This document shows, one piece after another, positions 37,571 through 49,563 of a DNA stretch of 64,000 bases. The position numbers and the translations under genes are program-made. How positions within the stretch are numbered: the first letter of the stretch is position 1; each line of letters starts with the position of its first letter. The notes beneath the pieces are model-generated. The model had not been told where the DNA came from. It made no database searches and saw only the letters and a program-made list of their open reading frames with translations. Source of the DNA: Lama glama (lineage: Eukaryota); assembly GCA_028534125.1 (NCBI GenBank), contig CM052852.1:94302001-94366000 (forward strand). The letters are read 5' to 3'.

Positions 37571-39784
37571 CGGGGGAAGAGACATGAGCACCTGCAGTCT
37601 AAAGACGGCTGGTCTCAGAGCTGGTGCTGAGGTGGCAGGCAGTGAAAGGATGGGCTGGCAACTGAGACACAGAAGCAAATGATGGCTTAGGGCCCTCTGG
37701 GCTTATCCAGATAGAAGAGGTAAGGTTGGTGGAGTCAGAGAGCACTGAAGAGCTCTGACATGTTACTGCGCATCACCAGTGAGTCCACTGATTATGACAT
37801 GTGCACAAGGAGCTCTTGGACCTGGGGTCCAGTCCTGAATCCAACCCTCACTAGTGGTATGACACTGAAGGTGTTCCTTTCTTTCTACAGCCCTTGGCTA
37901 GATTATTTATGTGGTTCTTCCACCTCTGGAACAAAACCAGAGCTTGAAATTTTGTTGTATAATTATGCTTCTTTTAGGAGATATTCGATGTTAAAGTTGG
38001 ATGCAGACACATACAAGCGTATGCGTACATGACAAACATATAATACCTGTATTTGTAGACACACATGCACATATGCACACCCACACAATGCCTTTCCCGT
38101 TAATTTCTGCCTTGTGCATTCACGAAATGAGGGACAAGCCACATCATTAGAGTTTTAATGAGATACACTGGATAGATTAGTGTGGCTCCAAGGATGCTGG
38201 GTTGAGCCTTGTAGATGACCCTTTACGGCCACAGGTGATTCTGTGATTGGAGTCCATATTTCTTTGATGCTCTCAGACACATGCCTATCACAGACATGCG
38301 GAACATCGCTGTGACCTCCACGTCGTCTCAGAGTGATGAGGCAGCAGATTGTGGACTGTGCTCTGCTGAACATAAGTCCTGTGGGATTCTCTCCTTTAGG
38401 CACAAAATTCTCCAGCTCCGTGGATCTTTGACACACAGCATCGCCTCCCTTTCCTGGGGCACCTCTGCACACAGGTGAATAATGCAGGCTCACAGAGGTC
38501 ATGTAGAAAGGGGCCGACTGAACTTCGTTTCTCCCCCGAGGCTTCCCAAATGTGTTTGAGCAGAAGGCGTCTTTATCTGTCATAGTGTTTCGTGAGACAC
38601 AGACTCCGATTCTCCAGTCCATGTGAAATAAAGTGATCACGTGGAGACCTGGTCTCCGTAGGTAGTTTGAGAACCGTAGGACGTGATAACTTATGCCTAG
38701 TCTCTAATAATTGTATTTGAGGTGAGCAGATAATTTTAAAATTCAATCATGGGAAGGAAAGAAATCCCCCATGTCAGAAATGATAGAATTCCTCCTGTGT
38801 CTCGTCGACAGCGTCCCACTCTTAATGACTTCTGTCATCTGTGGATGTCCTGAGGGGCAGTTCTCAATGAGGGGAAGGGGCAATTAGGGTTAGGTCCCTG
38901 GAATGAGATTCCTGAAGCCAGCAGTCCCCAGTGTGCCCCCTATGATGTCAACTAAAATCTAGTCAACTCTAATCGACTTCGGCCCTTTTAAGGGTAGTTA
39001 AAGGAAAGATAACAATAAAACCTCTTTCTAAACAGCTGCATAAAATAAACTGTGCTCTTCATGTTGTCCAGATAGCTATAATCGGATGCAGACGGTTCTA
39101 GCAGTCATCTTCACAGCTGGTGGAACTCGCACCGGTTTCTGGACCCTCTCCTGCTCCTTGCTAATTGCTGTTGCATCATCCAGGCAGTCTCAGGGGAGAC
39201 AGCTGAGACCCAGGGAGCACACTGCCCAGAGCCCCGAGCTTCCAGGAACTCTCTCCGCTTCGAACTCCCCGCCTTGTTCTCAGCAGGGCTTAGGACACAC
39301 GCGGTCACCTGCCACGCCTATACATTTGTTGTCGGCTGTAAAAGTCATATTGTCTAACTTGCTGTAACAGTTTGGTTCCTTAGGATATGGCAACAAATGC
39401 TTCAAAAATGAATGAATCAGCAAGTGTGCGTGCACTTAAACAGTTATGCCAACTTCCATTATGTGCACTGTCAAACCATTTTAAAGGAAATCAAACTTTT
39501 AAAGCAACAATATTTATAAAATACCTCTTTATCTGGTACTTCATACGGTATGGTGTTGCTTTCTAACTCTGTGCTTCTTACTAGCATTTGCTGCTTAGAC
39601 AAGAATGGATGAGTTTGTTTAATCCATTCACACAAGTCACACAAGTTTTTGATACGTAAGAGTTACACCTAGAATTTTATTTCAGCATTACCATTCAGCT
39701 ATCTTTCAGAAAACCATCGAAAACTCAGAATCACATAGCTGACTCTGAGCTGCTAGAAGTTCCAACAAGTCATAAACAGGTGTT

Positions 39785-40090
39785 CTTTTAACAAACATGA
39801 ATCTTGCACCTACCATGTGCCAGGCTCAGTTGATAGGGAGATGAGTTAGGGAAAGTTTCTGCCCTGAAAGTCTCTGGTAGGACACGGACACATCATTGCA
39901 CTACAGAATAGACAGGCTCTGCAACTGAAGCATGCTCAGCATCCTACGAGGCTCGGATGCAGGAGTGAGCACCTGCTTGGGGGAGGCTCTCCCTAGCTCA
40001 GCAGGCGTCCCAGGGAACAGTGGGGGTGAAGCCGTTCCAGAGAGAACAGCACTTGCAAAAGGCATGACGGGACGAAAGCAGATGTGTTGC
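39785..40090 (-). mobile_element. L2 3' fragment
   Basis: aacaaacat...gcacctaccatgtgccaggc...gttccagagagaacagcacttgcaaaaggcatga. Confidence 0.7.
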
Positions 40091-41150
40091 GAGCAATGTC
40101 TGGTAGGTCGAGGCAGCTAAGGAGAAGGGGCAGGAAATACCAAGTTTACCAGGAGCACCACGCCGCCGAAGCCTTGGGCCCTGCTTTTGACATGAACAGG
40201 AGAGTCATGCGGTATAGACCAAACTAAGAAAATGCTTAAAAGGATTCCTTTGTTCTAGAAAGTTAAAGGTGAGAGTTCGGGGTGGATTATAAGGCACCCT
40301 TTTAGAAGTGTTTGCAGAGAAGTAGACGTCAAATCCTTTCTGATTGCGTCTGGCCAATCCTTCTCTGAGGACTTTTATGTAAATCTCCGCTCACGTGGGG
40401 CTGCTCTGAGCATCCAGCTGTTCCCTTGGGGCTTTACTGACCCTTGGTTGTTTCTTACATTTTACCAAATTTTACTTTCATATAGTTCCTTTCACATTAT
40501 TCAAACATCTCAGCTACACTAAGGCACAGTATTTCAGGTAGGCATGACCCATAACACTATTATTCTAGCTTCATTTTCTGAATTCGTTCTGCAGACATAA
40601 AAACTCTTCCTGAGTATATTTTTATCATCCACAAATGTAAGCACAGTAGGGCTATTTTTTATTTCTAGGGAAAAGATGCACGCCCCCTGTGGTAACTACA
40701 CGCAGGGCTCCAAAGAGTAAATCCATCCTCCGTCTGCCGCAGAACCTATTCAAAGGCAGGAGCCTGCGCTCATAAGTTATTTAGTTGACGACTAGTTTAG
40801 AGGGGACTGAGAACTAGAGAAATGACTCACTTCGGCCAGGGACTGGAGCAGAGAACAAATGGTTTCTGCTTTATTAAAGCGTTTGCCTAAACCAACAGCA
40901 GTTATCTAGAGAGCCAACATTTAAAAAAACAGTAAATCATTCTTCCACAGGAAAATGTTTCCATTTGTAGAATTAACAACATGGCGGTAGATTACATTTC
41001 GTTATAATCCAGTTTTTACAGGCGCACACATTTATAGACTCCATACATCGATATACCCTCATGCTCCGTGGTAATTTACATCCAGGATAGAATTGTTGCT
41101 GGTGATGGGGAGGGGCAGGTGCGGAGGCAGGCAAAACCGAAGAAGTTCTC

Positions 41151-41321
41151 TCTCTCTTTTTTTGTGAGGATTTCCTTGTATTTCTGATGTAAGAGCTATC
41201 CTGCCAAAGTTCCGTAGATATTCTGCATAATTTGCTCTGTATGTGGGTGTAGATTTTGCTGTATTCATGGGAAAGGGTGAGCTAGGCATCCTGCTACTCA
41301 GCCATCTCGGCCCCGCCCCCG
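41151..41321 (-). mobile_element. Short retroposon resembling an isolated L1 5' end, with A-rich 3' end and TSD
   Basis: The minus strand starts GGGGGCGGGGCCGAGATGGCTGAGTAGCAGGATGCCTAGCTCACC and ends CTCACAAAAAAAGAGAGA. TSD AGAAGTTCTC at 41141-41150 and 41322-41331. Confidence 0.75.
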
Positions 41322-42344
41322 AGAAGTTCTCAAATCTTTTTCTCCGAGTCCATTTCTCGGTCCTGACCACCTCCTAATATTTTGACTGCTTTCCTCCTTC
41401 TCTCAGCACCACGTTCCCACAAGTGGGGTCCACGTAGTTGGGGAAAATATTTCAGAAAACTCCTGTAGCTTTTTGCCTATATTGTTAGCAGCTTCAGGGA
41501 GTATACGGCTGTCTAGCTCCGTGGAAGCCCTGTGAGTTACTCGGCAGGACAAGCCGCAGGCAGCCAACGGGCTCATCCACACCCATCGTCTCTGCCTTAT
41601 CAAACCGTGTAGGGGGCGTTGCCAGGAATCTGTTAATAATAACATCTACACAGAGAAGCACACCTTCGTCGTCTGTCACCAGCTGGAGACATGTGACCCT
41701 CTGTGGTTAAGTGAAAGTTTAACTGGCTTCAAATCACGATGCAGGGGTTTACTAAGCAAGTGAAATGCGCTAGCAGACTTGCTTTAAAGGGCTGTGTAGA
41801 CGGGTTTACGCACTCTCTGCCCTTGTATGTGCATTCATATATAATGTAAACCCCACCTACTTCCCACGGTGGATTCGATGTGATTGAAACAAGATTGTAG
41901 AGCAGGATGTTTCAAGGAAATGGGAGACCCTACTATTTCCTAGCACAACAGAAACATCGGTTTTCATATATGATACAGCTAGAAGATGCTCCATGTCTTT
42001 AAATCCACCCCGAAGAGGGCTGCCCTGTAATAATGGAGCTGACCACAGCCAGGCCCCTCTGCAGTGAGGCCCTTGTGGAGCAGAGGCTGTCAGGAGAGCC
42101 TCTCTCGGAGAGTTTCACATGTGTGCAGTTCTACTGCTGGACCCTAGTGATGGGTGGTGGACCTTTAAATTTGAGTTTGACTTTTGAAAACTCGTCCAAG
42201 ACAGTGATCTCGAGTCACAGATGTTGAAAAAGTGGTTAATCAAGGCCATCAATGTGATAGCGTTTCAAGATATTTGTGATTGTCTCCTGTGGACTATGGA
42301 TGCCCTGAAGAGGAATTTCATAAAGGCTCTGTAAAGCAAGAGCA

Positions 42345-42645
42345 ACAGCATTGGGCAGCCACCCCATACAAAATAGCAACCCCTCTGACATATAGACTCC
42401 CATCCTCTTTACCCTACTTTATTTTTTCTCTTTAGCAATTATTAGCATACCATGTCTATCCATCCGTCTGTCTGTCAGGTCGATCTATCTATTTAGCTCT
42501 CATCTATCTACGCTTTGAAGCATCACCTCCCACAAGAATGCAACGTCCATATGAATGGGAGCTTTGGTATTCACTGCTGTAACCCTAGCACCGCAAATAG
42601 CACCTGGCATACAGTGGGAGCTCAGTGCTGGTTGATGAGTGAGTG
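42345..42645 (+). mobile_element. L2a 3' end
   Basis: ccctactttattttttctctttagca...ttcactgctgtaaccctagcacc...cctggcatacagtgggagctcagt. Confidence 0.8.
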
Positions 42646-42847
42646 CAAGCATCTAACGGTATGACTTTGAAGTTCCACTTTCCCAGTTCAGTAGGAGTGG
42701 GAGTTTCGCCTCGGAGTCAGCCTGATTTTGCACTGCTCTTTGGACAATCACTGAACAATTTGATAGCCCTCGTGGGACTTAGTAACTTTTCCTAGAAAGG
42801 AACCAAGCTTTCTTTTCGGAGTCTGTATTCCATATTGGCATTTCAGC

Positions 42848-43495
42848 TTATTTTTTTTTAATTGACATATAGTCAGTTTACAATGCTGTGTCAATTTCTG
42901 GTGTGAGGCATAAAGTTTCAGTCCTACGTATATGTACATATATTCATTTTCATATTCCTTTTCATTATAGGTTACTACAAGATATTGAATATAGTTCCCT
43001 GTGCTATACAGTACAAACTTGTTATTTATCTAGTTTATACATAGTATTCTGTATCTGCAAATCTCGAACTCCCAATTTATCCCTTCCCACCCTGTTCCTC
43101 CCTAGTAACTGTAAGTTTGTTTTCTACGTCTGTAAGTTGATTTCTGTTTTGTAAATAAGTTCACTTGTGTCATTTTTTAAGATTTCACATATAAGTGATT
43201 TCATATGGAATTTGTCTTTTTCTGACGTGTTTCAATTAGTATGATAATCTTTAGGCCTATCTGTGCTGCTGCAAATGGCATTATTTCATTCTTTTCATGG
43301 CTGAGTAGTTTTCCATTGTATAAATATACCACCACTTCTTTATCCAGTCATCTGTCGATAGACATTTAGGCTGTTTCCATGTCTTGGCTATTGTAAATAG
43401 TGCTGCTGTGAACACAGGGGTGCAGGTGTGTTTTCGAATTAGAGTTCCCTCTGGATGTATGCCCAGGAGTGGGATTGCTGGATCATATGGTTTCT
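42848..43495 (-). mobile_element. 5'-truncated L1 (ORF2 end plus 3' UTR)
   Basis: ORF 43281-43514 gives PYDPAIPLLGIHP...[17 protein letters not shown]; poly-T at ~42850. Confidence 0.93.
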
Positions 43496-46232
43496 GAGGC
43501 ATTTTAAAGTTCACTTTCCTGTCTTTATAGAGCTAGAATGTCACCTCACAGATGATACCTCTGGTCTCTACCCACTTTCCTACTCAGGATATAGCCCCAC
43601 TCTTGATGTTGACAGGAAGGCACCGGGGGAAGATGTCAGTCTTTCTGTGGGTGAGCTGATGCTTGGGCAATTGTGTTTGACTTCAGTAAGCATCTTCAAG
43701 AATGGCAGAAGACACATTTTTGTCACTGTGGGACAAGGAGACAGAGAGGCCATTCAGTTAACAGCTGACAACACGTGAGATTTCCTGTTTTTGAAAGGTC
43801 ATCTTGATGCTCAGAAACTGGCAGGATGAGACACACAGCAGCCAGTGCCAAAACATGCACCCTTGCCCTCTTTCCTCAGCGCCAGGGAGTCTGAGAAGCA
43901 CCTGATGTCCGCTTCCTCCTTCCCACCATACTTACGGCCACAGCATGCAGAAGCCTTTGGTCACTTTCCCTATTGGCTGATAGCCCAAGAAATAGGCTGG
44001 CACCAAAGTGGGCAGCTCTAAGGGAGCTGCTCTACAAGCAAAGCATGATACTGAGTCACAGGCATTTCCAGCCACAAGGGTGTAGGCAGTCACTCCATGG
44101 AGCAGTAGAACCAAACAAACCTTTGTTCATTTCATGTTATTTTCATGAATATGTAAGCAATTAAATCCTTTGCTCACATCTCAGCTGGTGAAGTTTTAAA
44201 AACCAAGTGCCTCCTTTTATATCAATGTGTCTGAAAGAAAGTAAAAAGCAAGACCACGTTTTGTGAAATAACACTGCTCCAAGGTTCATTTTGCCTCACG
44301 CAGCATTTCCTCAAATTGAATTGTCTGATCTCCTCCCTCGGGGATTGCTCTTAGGCTTGCAAAAATCGAGGCTGATTTTATTGGAAAATCATCACTGAAT
44401 GAGGAACATACTCCAGAGGAAACTTTGCACGGGACAAACTGGTTTCTGGTGCCCGTGGCATGTTCTCCAGCTGGTGATGTTCGAGTCCCAATCTTTCTGT
44501 TCATTCAGGCAGGACATTCAATACAATCCTTCAGGCAGGGTAAAACAACGAGATAGATCAGGGAAATTTACTTTGGATTGTTTGGGGAACTTATTGACTA
44601 ACAGATCGGTAATCAAATGATAGCTTTTAACATACACATTATATGTTTTACTAGTAGTGGCAGGACTCACTGTAGTTTGCACTTGAAACGCTTATCAGAA
44701 AACAATTTTGCACAGAGATCTGGGATGTTGAAGATCTCGGATTGATGACAGAGCAGAATTCTGGAGGGTAGCGGGAGAGGAGAAAGGACGCTAATACTGA
44801 GGGGGAAGCTCTCACACTGTCTTTGTCTGCATGGTTCATCCATCAGTCATTTCCTGCTTGTTGACTTTTTTAATTATAAAAAGAATCCAGAGTTATCTTG
44901 ACAGCGCAGTGCAGCACAACTAAACAGGAGACCCAGATTCAGAAATGTCCCCCAGCTCCCAAACTCCACCAAGTGGAAACTGAGAATATTAGAGACAGAA
45001 TACACTGAGCCTCCAAGGACTGAGGAAAGGAAGGAGGAAACTGATGGAGAAGCCACACATCAGGGGGCTCTGGTAACCTTGGGGTGACATTGACTCTGGA
45101 CACTGAATAAAACGTACTCAAGTGCTTATTTGATTTCATGAATATGGGAGAATTGGGAGACAAAGACAGCAAGGATGATTTTATGAACAAGAGAGGGAGA
45201 CAGAGCAGAGGGGATGCTCATCAAAGTATATGTGGTATCTTAGCCCTTGAGCCTCTCGGGCAAAACCTCCACCTGGAAGAAGAAAAAAGATCCTCCTGCT
45301 GTGTTGCTGTTAAGTCTCGCTGCTTAGGGCTACTCATTGGAGCACAAGACAACTTGGCCACATGTGCTGTGCCTGACGCTTACTTCTAGGTTTGTAATAA
45401 TTCAGACATTAAGTGGAAAAGCCAAAATGTCGGTCTGTGCTGACTGCTTGGGACCCTCTTTTATGAATTTTGTGCCCAGATTATTACCATTATTTACTTT
45501 AACCGAGAGAAGGAAAGTGAAACAATCCCCAGGATCCAGGCAGTCACACAAAGCTTTCTAACTAGTGATGTAAGTGACGTACGGCTTAATACTTGGGTTT
45601 CCAGCAATCAGGAAACAAGCTGGTGCAATATCACCAGAGCTCGGTTCCCAGTGGGCATAGCAGAGATGATTAGATATATTGAGTTCTTTATGTCATTCAA
45701 AGAAAGCAGAATCTCATACACATTGGTGTTAGCTTCCTCTCACTTCATTTCAATTTTCAATAACCAGTGTCATCACATGTAACAGCTTCTTCGTAATGAA
45801 ACTTCACGTCGAATTGGATTTGGCTTTCAAGTGAAAGCACGTTGTGAAGCCTTCTGAAATCGAATCCTTGAAATAATTTTTACTGCTACAAGAATCTTAA
45901 ATATACCTCAGATTCCCCCAAAAAAGAATAATGCAACAAATGAATAATAAAGACGAAATTGCTGTGTTTGAAAAAAAAAAGGCATTTCTGCTTTTGATAT
46001 TTGACAGGCCCACGGGAAGAAGTACTCTGGTTAATCAAAATAATTTGGTTAACAGAACAACCACATGTAAGAGAATGATTTTCAAGGGGTTAGAAGAGTG
46101 TTAGTACCCTTATCAGGAGACAATGCCACACATAATCAAACCCTTTTGTGATGATTTAGGGAGACCATACGTGATTATCACAGTGAATGGTTCTCATGCC
46201 GTTTGCACAGGAATCCAAAGTTCTACGTGCTT

Positions 46233-47192
46233 ACTGCTGGTGGGAATGTAAATTGGTACAGCCACTATGGAGAACAATATGGGGGTTCCTCAAAAACTTA
46301 AAAATACAACTACCATGTGATCCGGCAACCCCACTTCTGGGAATATATCCAAAGGAAATGAAATCCCTATCTCAATGAGATAGCTGCACCTCCATGTTCA
46401 TTGCAGCATTATTTACAACAGCCAAGACATGGAAACAACCTAAGTGTCCGTCCACAGATGAATAGATGAAGAAAATGCAATGTACATGCAGTTGACCCTG
46501 AACAACACAGAGGTTAGAGGCTGCAACCTCTGATGCAGTCAAAAATCCGTGTATAACTTTACAGTCAGGGATTCAACCAACTGTGGACCATATAGTAGTG
46601 CAGTACATCTTTAATGAAAAAAATCCGAATTTAAGTGGCCCCACACAGTTCAAACCCAGGTTGTTCAAGGGCCGAGTATATATACAATGGAATATTTCTC
46701 AGCCACACAAAAAAGAAGGAAATTCTGCCACCTGTGACAACATAGATGAACCTTGAGGTCATTACGCTGAGTAAAATATGACAAAGTCAAAATACTATAT
46801 AATCTCACTTATAAGTGGAATCTTAAAAAACTCAAAATCATAGAAACAGAGAGTAGTTACCAGAGGAGGTGGGGTGTGGGGAAATAGATGAAGGTGTCAA
46901 AGGGTACAAACTTCCAGTTATAAGATGAGTTAAGTTCTGGGGATCTAATATACAGCGTGGTGACTCTAGTTAACAATACTCTATTGTATACTTGAAAGTT
47001 GCTGAGAGACTAGACCTTAAAAGTTCTTACCACACAGACCAAAAAAAAAAAAAGGTAACTATGTGAGGTGATGGAATAACTAACCTTATCGTGCTGATTA
47101 TTTTGCAATATAGTGCATCAAGTCATCATGTTATATACCTTAAACTTACACGATGTTATATGTCAATTACATCTCAATAAAAGTGGGGGAAA
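46233..47192 (+). mobile_element. 5'-truncated L1MA-like element carrying a nested MITE
   Basis: ORF2 end [41 protein letters not shown]; 3' UTR ends tgtcaattacatctcaataaa. TSD AAAGTTCTACGTGCTT (46217-46232) / AAAGATCTAGGTGCTT (47193-47208). Confidence 0.93.
46489..46678. mobile_element. Tigger2-derived MITE (TcMar-Tigger)
   Basis: TIRs CAGTTGACCCTGAACAAC ... GTTGTTCAAGGGCCGAGTA, followed by TA; internal gcagtcaaaaatccgtgtataacttt. Confidence 0.88.
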
Positions 47193-47793
47193 AAAGATCT
47201 AGGTGCTTTGATGCAACAGTGCTCAGTCTCATTCCTCAGAGAATCCAGTTCTGTTCCTGGATTTGGCAGTTTGGGGGTAAATCATCCCTGTGCTCCACCC
47301 GCTTCCTACCACCTTATTGAAACTATAGTCAATCTCACAGAGATGTGAGAAAACATTATGGTAGTGCCTGCACAAATTCGCCCAAGTCCAGATAAGTAAA
47401 GTATCACCTAGACCATTTACCTACCAATTCCCAACAGGAAACTAGTTGAATTAGGGTGGTTTTGTGGTGGATTATCAAGAGCAGAACTTCGCAGCAGCGT
47501 TTCAATGGCATAGGTTGCAGAAATGCTTGTATGCTGATCCTTGTAATACTAGGGCTGGCGGGACCCAGGAGCCCTGGAGTCTCTTGACAAGCCATACTGC
47601 TCCAAGCCTTTCCTATATGGACCACGATGTGGAATAGGTTAGGAAACACTGTTCTAGGGATTTGAGCATTATGCATCCCTGTCCATTTTTTTTAAGAGTA
47701 AAATTCTTCAAAGCACGATAATGTACCCGGACAGTGAAAGCTTTAAGGTCATACTTCTCTCTTCTTTCAGCCAGTATTTGATGGGCTAACTTA

Positions 47794-48085
47794 GCATTTC
47801 CCAAAGTGTGGTCCATGAGTCATGTTTTGAGGGACATTAATAGGTGTTGTGCAGGAGACAAAACAGACAGGTTCATGTGTAGGTTTGTGTGGTGCAGAAT
47901 GGTCAAGTAAATAAGGGAAGTGCTGGGTTTAAGTTTTCTTCTAAGTTGAATTTGAATCTTTAATATTCTAATGTACATTGTATATCTCTAAGACGGTCTA
48001 TAGATTATTGCAGTGTTTCCCAAACTTATTTGACCTAGAAGCCTTTTGTCTATGGGATATCAAAATCTACTTTGGGACTTGCTGG
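47794..48085. mobile_element. Old hAT-Charlie-like DNA element fragment
   Basis: agcatttcccaaagtgtggtcc ... cagtgtttcccaaactt ... actttgggacttgctg. Confidence 0.5.
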
Positions 48086-48376
48086 GATAAGTAAAGCTGA
48101 GTTGCATTAATGATGTCAACTCATCAGTAGGTTAAGCGACGTCATTGTCATTTGAGGGCACCCCACTGAGCCAGAAACAACATTTTCTTTGCCAACCTGC
48201 TGTTGGTAGATGGAGCCACTGGGACACAACCTGGAAGGTTCACCAACTTGCCAAGCGGGCTACTAAAGGGGCCACTAGTCGGAATCAACTGAACAGTGGT
48301 CCTAAGCAGAGACTCTTCAAGCCACAGCCAAAGCAGGTAAAGTGGACTGGAGAATTGGAGTTATGGTCTGATGAAA

Positions 48377-49563
48377 CAGTCACTCACCATTCTTCCNNNN
48401 NNNNNNNNNNNNNNNNNNNNNNNNNNNNNNNNNNNNNNNNNNNNNNNNNNNNNNNNNNNNNNNNNNNNNNNNNNNNNNNNNNNNNNNNNNNNNNNNNNNN
48501 NNNNNNNNNNNNNNNNNNNNNNNNNNNNNNNNNNNNNNNNNNNNNNNNNNNNNNNNNNNNNNNCATTCCTCTCTGTGGCTGAATAATATTCCATCGTATG
48601 GATAGACCACATCGTGTTTGCCCATTCATCATCAACTGAGGGGCATTTGGGTTGTGTTCACCTTTTCTGGCCCTTGTGAATAGTTCTCTGTGAACACTGA
48701 TGCACAAGTTTTTGTGTAGTCATATGTTTTCAATTCTTTTAGGTGTATACCTAGAAATAGAAATGCTAGATCCCATGGGAATTCTACGTCTAGCCTTTTG
48801 AGAAACTGCCAGACTGTTTTCTACAGTGGCAGCGGCATTTGCATTCTCACCAGCAGTGTAGGAGGCACCAATTTCTTGACACTGTCACCAACACTGGTTA
48901 TTATCCAACTTTTTGATTATTGTCATCTTAGTGGGTGTGAAGTAAATTATCATTGTGGTTTTGATTTGCATTTACCTGATGCCTAATCATGTTAAGCATT
49001 TTTCCATGTGCTTATTGGCCAAGTCTGTATTTCCTTTGGAGAAACACCTCTTCAGATCCTGTATCTTTTTATACTGAGTTGTAATGATTCTTTATATATT
49101 CTCAACACAAGTCCCTTAGCAGATAAATGACTTGCAAAAGTTTTCTTCTATTCTTTGGATTGTCTTTAATTTGTTGATGATGTCCTTTGAGGCACAAAAG
49201 TTTCTAATTTTGTTGAAATCCAACTTACCTATTTTTCTCTTTTGTTGCTTGTGCTCTTAAGACTTTTAGGGCTTAGGGCTTAGGTCTTTGATCCATTTTG
49301 ACTTGGTATTTTTCCATGGTGTGAGGTAGAGGTCCAACTTCATTCTTTTGCATGTAGAAATCCAATTGTCCCAGCACCATTTGTTGAAAAGATATAAATG
49401 TGAGAGTTTATTTCTGGACTCTTATTTCTGTTCCATTGATTTAGATAGCAATTCTGAGTCTAGTACCACACTATTACTATAGCTTTGTAGTAGATTTTGA
49501 AATTGGGGAGTGTGATTCCTCCAATTTTCTTCTTTTTCAAGGTGTTTTAGGTATTCTGGGTTC
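48377..49563 (-). mobile_element. L1MB-like fragment spanning an N-gap
   Basis: tggctgaataatattccat...gagaaactgccagactgtttt...tccaattgtcccagcaccatttgttgaaaaga. Confidence 0.92.

Noticed and set aside
41402-41422. REST/RE1 site (TCAGCACCACG)
   Set aside because: Only the left half-site matches; the GGACAG half is absent.
43730-44210. Possible old ERVL/MaLR LTR
   Set aside because: There is only a vague resemblance near 44130-44200; I cannot define its ends or family by eye.
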